Assembly: GCF_026210795.1 (NCBI RefSeq)
Contig: NC_089430.1
Span: 1,922,001 to 1,986,000 of the forward strand
Length of the DNA: 64,000 nucleotides
Source of the DNA: Rhizophagus irregularis
Taxonomy: Eukaryota
Direction of reading: 5' to 3'
The translations under genes and the position numbers were made by a program. This document shows, piece by piece, positions 12,679-24,608 of the stretch. Numbering within the stretch: position 1 is the stretch's first letter; the number at the start of each line of letters is the position of its first letter. The notes under the pieces are model-generated. The model had not been told where the DNA came from. It did not search any database and saw only the letters and a program-made list of their open reading frames with translations.

Positions 12679-13762
12679 GTAAGTAATTAATTAAGGTAAG
12701 TGATGGTAATAAATAATAAGCATTAGAAAAAATGTATAATAATTTAATATTTCAATAATTTAATATTTTAATCGAGTATTTTAATATTTAGATATACATA
12801 GACTTGATTTCTCTTTTTTTTCCTTCAATAGATTAATTTATTTATTTCTGTACAAAATTATAGAACACAATTTATTTGTATTATATAATTTTATTTTTAA
12901 TGTAAATAAAAAGAATTGTAGATATACATATATAACATAATATATAACTTTTTATATTAATTAATTAATTTATAAATAGATGATGCAAGAATTATGCAAA
13001 CAAACAAATAATGAAAACGTGTTCAATGTTTTTTATCAGGTAATGAATAACTTGCATTAACTTAAAAATTTATTTTATTAATTTTTTTCTAATGGAGCGC
13101 ATGGTACAATTATATGTACTGTAGTTCGTGGGGAAGGAGGGAAAAATATTTTTCATACATACCAAAAATATATGATCCCGATTGCATCAAAAATTACAAT
13201 CATATGTGACTTTGTGTAAATTTATTTATTTATTTTTTTCATTTTTAGATAACAAAAATATATTTTTTTTTTCTTTATTAATAATTCAATGAGATGATGA
13301 TATGAAATATATGTTATACTATTACTATTGTAATGATAATATTAATATATTAATATAATACAGAAAAAAACCAAAAAAATATAATACATTCAAGAAATAT
13401 ATAATTATAATTTTTTTTTTTTATTATTACTTTTTTTCTTTAATCCCAAAATATATATACTAATATATATTATATATATTATATATATATTATTATTTTT
13501 TTTTGTTAATAAAAAGTTTAGTTTTATATATAATGATATACATCCTTTTTTTTAGATGAATTTTTTTTTTATAAAAAAAAAAATTAAAAAATAAAAATAA
13601 CCAAAATAACCATAAAATAACCATAACCAAACGTAATAATAATAATACACTAAAATATTGATTTCTCTTCCTTTTCACATCTCTCAACATTCACAACATT
13701 CGCTTTAATTATCCGCTCTATCAGCGTGTTAATCGTGTATTCGATTAACCAATTTTTTTTTT

Positions 13763-15490
13763 TCATTTTATTTTAGGATCAGAAGCAGATACAGTAGGTA
13801 AAGCAGGATCACCATGTACTCTGAAACGGTAAAGACAAGTATATTCAGGTTTACCCCAATTACTAATTATCTTCATGATGATAGCTCTTATAGGTTTGTT
13901 ATACTTTAAAATATGGTCGGGTACTTCAAAAGTTTGTATGGGTAAACCATTAATATCATAAGTAAATTTACCCAAATATAAATGACGAGGGGAACTACCC
14001 AAATGTAATTCGCCATTAGTATCAATTTCTAAATGATTCAAATGACTTAATCCATCATCATATTGATCATCATCTCTTCTTCCACATTTATCTTCAGTTG
14101 ATTCCATTCGCGGACTGAAATCATCGCTTAAATCTACGCCGAAATCCTCATCATTATCATCATTTTTACTTACAGTCCCATCATCAATGATTCCCCACAC
14201 TTCAAAATCTTTTGGTGCAGATAATACATCATCTGTAGCAATGTCTTTACTAATGTGATCATAAGTAACAGCTGTAACAAAAACTTTTCTATCAAGAAAT
14301 ATAGCTAATTGACCCTCTTGACCAGAAAGTGGCCAACATTGACCAACATTAGTATCATGAGAAATTGCTGTTACCGGAGGTTTACCACGAGTGATACCTT
14401 TACCAGTAACATAAGCGAGAGTTTTTTTATACCATTCATTAGGCCATTGTTCATAAGTTTTACTAGTATATTTAGAGATAATTTTTGCACCACCTGAATG
14501 TAAAGCGAAATCACGTCTATTAAGTTTATCCTGAGAATATTTTAGTAATTCTTCCTTAGCAACTTTACGTGCTTCATTACGTATTAATTCCACCGCTTTT
14601 TCATCTCTCGTAGAACCAAACTTTCTAATTGAAGTTTCCTCATCTCTGGAAGAACCTCTCCTTCTAACTGGACCTTTTTTACTATCTGATGATACAATAT
14701 TTTTAATTTCGTCCCTTATTAAAGCACGTAAAGGTTCATTCGACATTGAAGATAAATGTAAATGTTTACTATTCTCAGAATCCATATAATTTTTAACTTC
14801 AGCTATAATCATTTGTTTAAAATCTTCCAAGGTGACTACAATACTATCATTCACATCTTTTTTTTTTTCACCGATCGGTTGAATCTTATAAGTTTTACCA
14901 TCAATAGCCCAAATATATATTCTACTTGATGAAAAGTAATCCATAAAAGATTTATTTTCTTGTTCAACGTTTGAAAATGTTAAAAATAATAATAATAATA
15001 ATAATATAAAACAAAATAACCATCTATTTCTCTTATTCCCAATTAAATTATTCCAACCGAAATTTAAGATCCAACATATGAAAGATAATAAACCTATTGG
15101 ATTATTATTATTAATAATATTATTATTGTTATTTACGGCGACACTACGATCAGTAGGTATATTAGGAACGGATTGATTTGTATCATCATTATTAATAACG
15201 TCATCAACATTATCATTATCATTATTATTATTAGAATTAAATATAGATGGTTGTGAACTTTCTAATTGTAAACGTTCACAGAGTTCTTCTCCAGAAAAAG
15301 GATTTTTTTCTTGTGAATATATATCACTTGTAGGGGTAGGACGTTCTCTTAAATATGCCGTATATTTTTGAGAACCCAAAGAAATTTGAGAGCTTTGAGA
15401 TCCTTGAGAACTACCATTTCGTCTACTTCTTGATCTTTTAGGAGTTGCTGGTGGTGTCTGTGGTTCCGATGATTTACGTCTTGCCGGCAT
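13763..15490 (-). CDS. SUN-domain (Sad1/UNC-84) nuclear envelope protein, 575 aa
   Basis: Basic Ser-rich N-terminus, hydrophobic TM segment (WLFCFILLLLLLFL), then DFALHSGGAKII, GQCWPLSGQEGQL, VTYDHI, SAPKDFEVWG and SNWGKPEYTCLYRFRVHG. Confidence 0.95.
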   Translation of the reverse strand: MPARRKSSEPQTPPATPKRSRSRRNGSSQGSQSSQISLGSQKYTAYLRERPTPTSDIYSQEKNPFSGEELCERLQLESSQPSIFNSNNNNDNDNVDDVINNDDTNQSVPNIPTDRSVAVNNNNNIINNNNPIGLLSFICWILNFGWNNLIGNKRNRWLFCFILLLLLLFLTFSNVEQENKSFMDYFSSSRIYIWAIDGKTYKIQPIGEKKKDVNDSIVVTLEDFKQMIIAEVKNYMDSENSKHLHLSSMSNEPLRALIRDEIKNIVSSDSKKGPVRRRGSSRDEETSIRKFGSTRDEKAVELIRNEARKVAKEELLKYSQDKLNRRDFALHSGGAKIISKYTSKTYEQWPNEWYKKTLAYVTGKGITRGKPPVTAISHDTNVGQCWPLSGQEGQLAIFLDRKVFVTAVTYDHISKDIATDDVLSAPKDFEVWGIIDDGTVSKNDDNDEDFGVDLSDDFSPRMESTEDKCGRRDDDQYDDGLSHLNHLEIDTNGELHLGSSPRHLYLGKFTYDINGLPIQTFEVPDHILKYNKPIRAIIMKIISNWGKPEYTCLYRFRVHGDPALPTVSASDPKIK

Positions 15491-18039
15491 ATGTTATATA
15501 ATAATATATAATATTGGTAAACGATCTTTAGAAAAAACCTACAACTGTAGTAGGTTTCGTGGCAATGTAGTAGGTTACTACTACTGACAAGTGTCTTAAT
15601 AAAAATGTTTTTTTTTGAACGGAAAGAGGAGAGGGGAAAGAAGATCTTTTTTTTTTGTACAAGAAGAAAAAAAATTTTTTAATCGATTTATTTTACTTTT
15701 ATATATATACCGTTCTTTTTTTTTAAATAGAAAAAAAGAAGATAAAAAAAAGATGTCTTTTTTTATATACAGATGAATGAATGGCTGATGAATAGCCTCT
15801 TCCCCTATTAGGTTTTATATGTCTTTTTTTTATTAAATGGCGAACAGACACAGACACAGCTGTGTACTTTATAAAAGGTTATTACTTAAACCCTTAAACC
15901 CTTCACACTAATTACTTAACTAGGTTGTAGATTGAATCATAATTAAATAATATAAGCAGTATAATGGAGTTATTATAATAATAATAATATATAAAGTACT
16001 ATATATATAGTGTAGTGCACTGTATAATTGTTTATCAGCAAATGTGCAAATGTACAGCAGCATTGAGCACTTTGCAAGTACAGTAATAAAGGATGAATAG
16101 CCGAATAGACTGAACAGAAAGAATGTTATATGATATAATTATACGTTTGTTACTTTGTTTAAATAATAGAACATTATTATTAGGGGGGTTTGGTAATTGA
16201 ACATATTTAGATGTAATGTATTTCGTACCGACTTTCTCTACAAACATGGCATTTGCATTTCATTTATTAGATTGTTAAAACTTTGAATTTTGTAACACAA
16301 TCCGCTAAAAAGAAATTTATTTCTTTTTGGGATAGAACAATAAGTAACTATTCTAAAAATAACAAAGGGAAAAAAAAAATTTTCTTTTCGCGTTTTTTAT
16401 TAAAGTTACCGTACCTTGTTTCAAACAAACAAAAAAAAAAAATAATTATCTAATAATTGATTATTGATATTGTGGTAACATCATTGATTACACTATGATT
16501 ACTTCAAAAAGAAAAAATTCGGTTGATACAAAATAAAAAAAGGAAAATTATTATTTTTTTTTTGATTAACCTTGGATTAATCGGATAATTCCAATTCTTT
16601 TTGATACTAATTGTAAAAAAAAAAGCGCGACACTTTGTTTCACATGTTAAAGAATCGATAATTTTTTTTCATACAAATTAAAAGAACAAAAAAATTTCTC
16701 ATATATATATTATACAATAGTAAAATGAGTACAATCGATACATATGCATACATATATATATTTTTTCCTTTTTTTTCATAATGATTTATTAAAGGGGAAA
16801 TTGGTTTATTCCTTTTACATTTTAACTTGTTCCCTTTTGATTGGTATATATTTCTTTTAAAGATTTTTTTTTCTCTTCTTTTCTTCCAAAAGAAAAAAGT
16901 ATTTTAAGCGAAGATATGATATGACGATTAAATTCTTATTTTGTCCTTATAGATGTAATTAGATGTAAGAACGGAGATGAAGAGTAGTACTTCTGTCTCA
17001 GCCGGTTTGTGATCACGTGCAACCAATCATTTTTAACCTAAGGATTTTTGCATGCAAAGTTGCAAACCATGTGTATAATCACATGATAAATGGTCAAGTA
17101 TATTGAACTGTAATAGAACACTTTAACTATTAAAAAATTTTAAAATATAATATGAATTTATACTTTGAATTTTATTATATTGTAATTTAAAAATTTAAAC
17201 CATTAATATTAATTATAAAACAGTTATTATATTAAAAATATAATATTAAAAAAAATAGGCTAAATTATTCTGGTATTTTTTTTTTAGATCTACAAATTTA
17301 TGCAATTAATTTATATTTAAATAAGATTAGATAAATAAAATCTCCTTTTTTTGAAAGTTTTAATTTTAAATAAATACTAAAAAAAGCAAAATTTTTTTAT
17401 ATAAATATTAAAAAAATTTTAGAAATATTTATTTATAATTATATGGTGATACTTAAATATATAAATTCTATAGTAAAATTTAGAAATTAGTAAAATTAAG
17501 ATTAAAATTAGAATTAATAAAATTAACTAAAATACAAATATCAAAATAAAAAAATAATTTTAACAATTTCAATATGATAAAATTCACTAATTTTAACAAG
17601 CAATTTTAGATTAGAATAATTAAACTTAAAAAGTATGACAATAAATAATTATTTACTAATTGCTATAGTATTGCTACTAATAATAAATAGTAGAATTCAA
17701 AAATTTTTATATAATATTTCTTTTTTATAGAAATCTAATTTTTAGATTATTTTTTTTTTTTTTTTTTAATGATTTATATATGCTTTATTGATATTAAGTT
17801 TATATACCATACAAACAAATTATCATAAGCTATATCCATCCAGCAGGACAAAATACTAATTTTTAGATTATTTTCTTTATATTTTTAAAATTTTAATAGT
17901 AAATAATAATTTAAAAAATTTTGGAAATTATTTTTAGCTTTTTTTTCTATTTTTTTTTTCAATAAAAACAAAAAAATCCAATTGATCTAGTTTAAATTTT
18001 ATTTAAATTATATAATTAAAATTTTATATTTATATTATT

Positions 18040-18480
18040 AAATCATTAAATGTAATTATTAATAAAAATCTTATAGATATTAAAAAAAATTTATATTTAT
18101 ATTTTTAAATATAATTATTAATGAAAATCTTGCAAATATTAAAAAAATTTATATTTAATTATTGATAAAAATTTTGCAAATACCAAAAAAAGATTTATAT
18201 TTATATTATTAAATGTAATTATTAATGAAAATCTTGTAAACACCAAAAAAGATTTATATTAAATGTAATTATTAATGAAAATCTTGCAAATATCAAAAAA
18301 GATTTATATTAAATATAATTATTATAAAAATCTTGCAAATACTAAAAAAGATTTATATTTATATTAATAAATGTTAATTAATAAAAATTTTGCAGATACT
18401 AAAAAAAATTTATTAGATATAATTATTAATAAAAATTTTGCAAATTTCAAAAAAAAATTTATATTTATATTATTAAATAT
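18040..18480. repeat. AT-rich minisatellite array 1, unit about 50-60 bp
   Basis: About 8 copies of aaatgtaattattaatgaaaatcttgcaaataccaaaaaagatttatatttatattatt. Confidence 0.9.
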
Positions 18481-18771
18481 TTAAATGTATGTATAATTCA
18501 ATGAAAAAAGATTTGTACCTCAAAAAAAAAATGCAATAAAAAATTTTTTTATTAATAAACTTTATTTTTTTTATATAAATTTCATCAGTATATATTTAGA
18601 AATATTATAATATTATTATTATACTAAATCATGCATTATCATCAGATTCACTATAATTATCAGATTTTTTATCAATTAGACCACTCCAAGCCAATTCTTT
18701 GTTTAATATAATATAGGGGTTTCAATCTAGGGGGAGGGAGGGAACAAAAAATAATACATAAAATAAATATA

Positions 18772-18848
18772 TAGCCAGAATTACCACTAATTTTGATCAA
18801 AATTTTGACCAAAAGAGTGAGCAAAAATTTGGATGATAATTCCGGCTA
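18772..18848. mobile_element. Tiny inverted-repeat element (MITE-like)
   Basis: tagccagaattacca at the left end pairs with tgataattccggcta at the right end. Confidence 0.55.
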
Positions 18849-19319
18849 AGACTTAAAGATTTGCCTAATTCTAGTCTAAATTACATGTATTTTTTTTACA
18901 TAAAAAATCCAAAAACAGAGAGAAGGTTATGTTAAACGAAAAATTGAATTAGTACAGCCTTAATTATATTTTTGTCAGCCTCAAAATATGCATTAGTATT
19001 TTAAATACTTACTTTAAAATTTAATTATAAATTTTAAATTAATTTTATTTTTAAATGCATTCAAAAATGTATTTCAAATAAACAACAAATTTAAGTGTAA
19101 ACTTAATTTTGCAATCTTATGTTTACAACTGTCCAAATATCTTTAATTGGCTAGAATTTATAATGATAAGTATATAAAAACTTCATAATCATATTGTTTT
19201 GCTATTTTAATACAAAAAAAATAACAATTTTTTCTTGTATATTTAAATCAGTTCCAATAGTTTTAGTTTTTGTATTCATTAGGAAAGTTTTCTATTTTTC
19301 TGTGATTAAAATTGAAATA

Positions 19320-19827
19320 AGCCAAGAATCCAGAAATATATATATAGGAATCAGGTAGTGAAAAAAATTTTTTACTATAAACTGTACACATTTTTTTTAT
19401 TTTTTAAGGCTAGAATCATAATAATATCAATCAGTTACTATAATGGAAAATAAAATACTGACTGGAATAAGGTTGCTGAAGAAACTAGGGAGTTTTAGCA
19501 AGTTGGCAAAATGCCAAAATGGTGAAACTTTGCTAAAACTATATAAAAGTCTTATTAAAAAATTGGCAAAACTCTAAAGAAAAGCGAAATCTGGCGAAAC
19601 TTATTATAAATGCTGAAACTGCTGAAACCTTGTCAAAACTATAATAAAACTATAGTAAATTTTTGGAAAAACTAATCGTAGAATTTTGGAGAGGTTTAGG
19701 CAGGCAACCTTAGACTGGAATTATCAAAAATTATTTAAAAAAAGGAAAGATTTTTATGATTTTTTTAGTTTAAAATATGCAAATCCAAACCTGACTTTTT
19801 TATATATATTTCTGGATCCTATAGGCC
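19320..19827. mobile_element. Degenerate MITE hosting a nested hAT-like MITE
   Basis: Left gccaagaatccagaaatatatata..aatcaggt pairs with right acctgactt..tatatatatttctggatcctataggcc. Confidence 0.55.
19468..19712. mobile_element. hAT-like MITE
   Basis: TIRs TAAGGTTGC / GCAACCTTA; perfect 8-bp TSD GACTGGAA (19460-19467, 19713-19720); internal gaaact repeats. Confidence 0.8.
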
Positions 19828-20219
19828 ATTCAAGTGTTTTATATGGTATAAATGTGTTGTTACTGCATTTATTTAAGTCTAATATAATGCTTCCAATTTG
19901 TATTCTTAGTACATCCAGTATTTCAGCAACTCACTTATGTAATTTAAGCTTCAGATAACTTTCTTTTGTAAAATTAGTCTTAGAAAATAATTGTACATAC
20001 TTAATATTATTAATTTTTTATTGTCAACTAATGGTCCACCTCTTTATTTTGAGAAAGAAGAAAGTATCATATATTAATAAAAAAATTTTAGTAGCAAATT
20101 CAAACAATTATATCCTAATAAATATGTAAATTTTAGTCTATTATACTTAGTTATATAAAATTTTCTTTAGTGTAAATCTTATCTTTTTTTAGTAAGATAC
20201 ATATCTTTTTACACTGGAT

Positions 20220-21080
20220 CATAATTATTAATGAAAATCTTGCAAATACTAAAAAAAATTTATATTTACTGTATTTTTCCAAAATTAATCACCCCTTTTT
20301 ATTTTACAAGGATTTTGGTTAAAAACTTGGAAAGGTGCTTAATTTTGGAAGTTTTTTTACTAGTATTTTATATAAAAATCTTTTTATCAAAATACAAAAA
20401 GTTAGTAGAGGTATTTAATTTCAAGAAGTAACTAATTTTAGAAAAATATGGTATGTAATTATTAAAGGTTTATATTTATATTATTAAATGTAATTAATGA
20501 AAATCTTGCAAATATCAAAAAAATTTATATTTATATTATTAATTATTAAATATAATTATTAATAAAAATTTTGCAAATATCAAAAAAGATTTATATTTAT
20601 ATTAATTAATAATGAAAATTTTGTAAATATCAAAGAAAGATTTATATTTATATTAAATGTAATTATTAATGAAAATTTTGCAAATACAAAAAAAAGATTT
20701 ATATTTATATTGTTAAATGTAATTATTAATGAAAATTTTGTAAATACCAAAAAAAATTTATATTTATATAATTATTAATTTATTAATGAAAATTTTGCAG
20801 ATACCAAAAAAAAGTTTATATTTATATTATTAAATGTAATTAATGAAAATTTTGCAAATATCAAAAAAGATTTATATTTATATTAATTAATGAAAATCTT
20901 GCAGATATCAAAGAAAGATTTATATTTATATTAAATGTAATTATTAATGAAAATCTAGCAAATACCAAAAAAATTTATAATTATATTAAATGTAATTATT
21001 AATGAAAATCTTGCAGATACCAAAAAAAATTTATATTTATATTATTAAATGTAATAATTATTAATGAAAATCTCGTAAAT
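20220..21080. repeat. AT-rich minisatellite array 2, same unit as array 1
   Basis: About 12 copies of the same unit; the first copy is interrupted by a MITE. Confidence 0.9.
20269..20451. mobile_element. Tc1/mariner(pogo)-like MITE
   Basis: TA flanks on both sides; left TIR ctgtatttttccaaaattaatcac versus reverse-complemented right TIR ccatatttttctaaaattagttac. Confidence 0.75.
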
Positions 21081-22599
21081 TAATGGCAAATTATTTTAAA
21101 TCTATTTTTTCATATTTTATATTTATAAAAATTAAATTAAAATTATTACTTAATATTTTTTAATATAAATTTATTTTTTATTTATCTTTTAATTATATAA
21201 TAATTTTTAAAAATTATTAAAATTATTGTAAAGTAATTATTACTATTAAATATTATTATTAATTTATATAAATATTTTATTTTGTAATAAAAATCAGTTA
21301 TAAAATAATTTATAATTTTTAATAAGTATATCATTTGAACTGTTTTGCAATATTTTAATATTTTAATATTTATAATTAAATTTATTCTGTATATTCTGTA
21401 TATCAAATTATAATAAAAAAAAAATTGACAATAATCATCATCAATATATTAATTAGTCAATATATTTAAATTAGGTTAGGTAAGCTTTAGGTTAGGTAAG
21501 TATTACTTTAGGTTAGGTGAGTGTTAGTTTGATAAGTTGAATTAGGCCAAGTGTTTCAAGTTAGGATAAGCGGATTATATAATAAGTAAATTTCATATAA
21601 ATAACAATTCAGTTCTAAAAGTAATACATGCTTTATAAAACGTTAGTGTATTATTTTGATTATATTATCCATTTTAAGCATTTTAAGGAAATTTCTAGAT
21701 AATGATTGACAAAAATTGTATTAATTTTCAATGCATAAAAACAAATTGGTAATTGTTTAAAATTAAATGAAAAACAAATGATTTGAATGAAAATAAATTA
21801 TTTATTTATTCTCAATTAAAGTTAATATTTGTTTCGGGAAATCCATTCAAAAAAAAAAATTCTTATACTGCTCAATAAAGGTGTAATTTATTGTTTAATT
21901 AACTTTTTGTTTTCGTTTTATTTTACCTGAAAATAATTTATAATAATAATAATAAAATACACGAATATTACACGAATATTTTATTTAAGCCTATTCACCG
22001 CTCCCACTTCACCGTTCTCGTATATATTTTTTTTTTTTCAAAGGCTATATATATTCCTAATCCAATTAACTAGTAAACGAAGAAAAAAATTTTTATAGCC
22101 TCTCTTTTTTTTAATAACCTAAAACCCACCAAAGATAATTCGATCTTTCATTAAACCCACCATTTCATCTCAAGATATAATTAATAATAAAATAAAAAAC
22201 TATACAAAAAAAAGTGTTCATTTAATAATCATCTCAATTTTGATTTTTTTTTTTTTGTAATGTTGTTTTTTAAATCATAATGATATGATAAAAAAAATAT
22301 GCAAATAAAAATATAATCTTCATAAATAAATAAATAACGACTAAAATATATAAAGAATATATTCTTTTCATATCCGGCCAGCGAGAAATAAATAATAAAT
22401 AATAAATAAGTAATAATAATATATATATATATATAAGATAATTAATTAAATTAAAAGACTAATAATAATCACTTATACAACTAAATTTTTCATTCTCTAT
22501 ATTAATTTTTTTTATTACAATAAAATGTCCAATTTCATACCCAAAAATTTTTATAAAAAAAAAACATTATTTTACCCTGAGAAAACCCGAGAAATTTAA

Positions 22600-24608
22600 C
22601 TATGAACTATCCTGACTATTCTTTCTTGATGTACTTGTTGATGTTGAAGCCGAATTTGAATTTGGTGTGCTGATGTTTAATTTAGCTGATACAGCTGCTG
22701 CCAAGTCAAGATTTCCATTTCCATTGGCTGAATTCCTTGTCGCTTGTTGAAGTAATTGCATTTGTGAATTTGAAAAAACATCCTGCATATACATACTTGC
22801 TACTCTTGACATAGGATATTGTTTATAAGAGCCTGTTGATATAAGTTCTTCCATGGCTTTTTCACAAAATATTTCAAGAATTCGCTCAAGCTATATATTC
22901 GTGGAAAGAAAAAGTAAGTAATATGAAAATACGAAATAAAAAAAAAAGGAATTGCAAATATTAAATATTAAGATATCTTACTTGAGCTCTTCCAATATTT
23001 GTTAATTTGACAATCTCTGTTGGATTAAATTCGTCAAATTTGATTTCAAATCTAAATTTGGCGGCTCTAAAAATATATATATATACAACATATATATTTT
23101 TTAATATACAATTATCGGCGTACCAAAAGTTTTAAGCAAAAAAAAAAAAGATATTTACGCTGCAAAGAATTTCAAATTTTCAGTAGCACGATAAGTTCTT
23201 GATGTATCCTCATGTATTTTATCAATGAATCCAAATGGTCGTTTTGATCGTCTTACTATCGTATTATAAATAATACATAATAATTTACCGTCTCTGTTTT
23301 GAAGAAAGAAAACAATTTAAATAAAAAAATGGTAATGACTTTTTTAAATAAAAAAGTGTTAGAATAATACTAATAATACTCACGCTAATGAAGCCAAGAA
23401 TTCGGTTTTATCGACACTAGGATCTGGTAAAGGAGTGTAATCAGGTAATTGTTTTGATTTTGAAGGACGATGAGCTTCCAAGAAAGCATGATATCTGGTT
23501 ATAACAACATCACCAAATACATCAGGGTTTACCCAATCATTATTTGGATGACCAGGTGATAAAGGAGGAGTAATGGCAGCGACTCCTTGCTTCAAATCTT
23601 CCTCTGAACTTACTGATGAAGGTCTTAAATAAGAAGTATTTGGAGGATATAAATCTGTATCATCAAATAATAAACATTCCTCAACCACTTCTAAATATTT
23701 CGTTAAAATATTACGTTGACGATCTAAAGAATGAAAATTTGATTCTTTATATAAATGACCATCTTCACTACTACTATCATCTTCATCTCTGTGAGATTCT
23801 TCTAAATTACTAATCATTTCTAATACTTCTAAAGTAGTAGCACGGATTCTTGATAATGATTCAGCTGATAAATCTTCTTTAAACATTGAATAATTTTTAA
23901 CGGACTGTACAGCTTTTGTGGTGGTCTCAATAGCTGCTAATATATCAACAGATACTGGATTCGCTTCAGCTTTAACTTCACCGGTTACCATACACCAAGC
24001 GTCTATCATGGCTTGAATATCAGCATGACATGTAGCAAGTAATACATCAGGATCCGTTTCCACATCTAATTTTGAAGTGAGATATGCTGGAAGTGGTGGT
24101 GGTGAAGGTGGAAGTGGAGTTGGAGGGAAATCTTCATCAGGTTCCTCTGTTACTTCTAATAAATCAGTAACATTCGTATTTATACTAAGCTTCAATTTCT
24201 TTTCAGCTTCCTCTCTGATTAACATAATTAATTAGATATAAATAAATTGAAATAAATGAAAATTCAAATATATAAAAAAGAATGGAATACTTACAAATGC
24301 TTTGGTTTTTTTGGTTTTATAATTATACCACGTTTAGCGTAAAAATGTTGTAAATGAGTAATAGAACCCAAAGCAAGTACACTTTGTCTCTTCTTTGCAC
24401 TTTTAGCAAATTCTCTTGGTTTTGCGGGTTTTTTGTAACCACGTTTCCCAGGAGAACCGGGAGACGGCATTGTAAAACCTCTAGAGACAGGTCTTGGGTC
24501 GTATTCAGTATTTATGGTACCATTAAAAGGACTTGTGGTATATAATACAGGAATGGATTGGTGACGAGGTGGTGTACTTTTTGGTAAATCGACCACTGGG
24601 GAACCCAT
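22600..24608 (-). CDS. Conserved fungal protein with C-terminal calponin-homology-like domain; exons 24608-24295, 24214-23384, 23293-23159, 23066-22982, 22890-22600
   Basis: Five phase-compatible GT..AG exons. N-terminal motif KRQSVLALGSITHLQHFYAK. C-terminal FLASLADGKLLCIIYNTIV...YRATENLKFFAAAAK resembles the CH pattern LxDGxxLC...ENxxxF. Confidence 0.75.

Noticed and set aside
18040..21080. CRISPR-like appearance of the regularly spaced repeats
   Set aside because: The units are contiguous and degenerate with no unique spacers, there are no cas genes, and the context is eukaryotic: a minisatellite.
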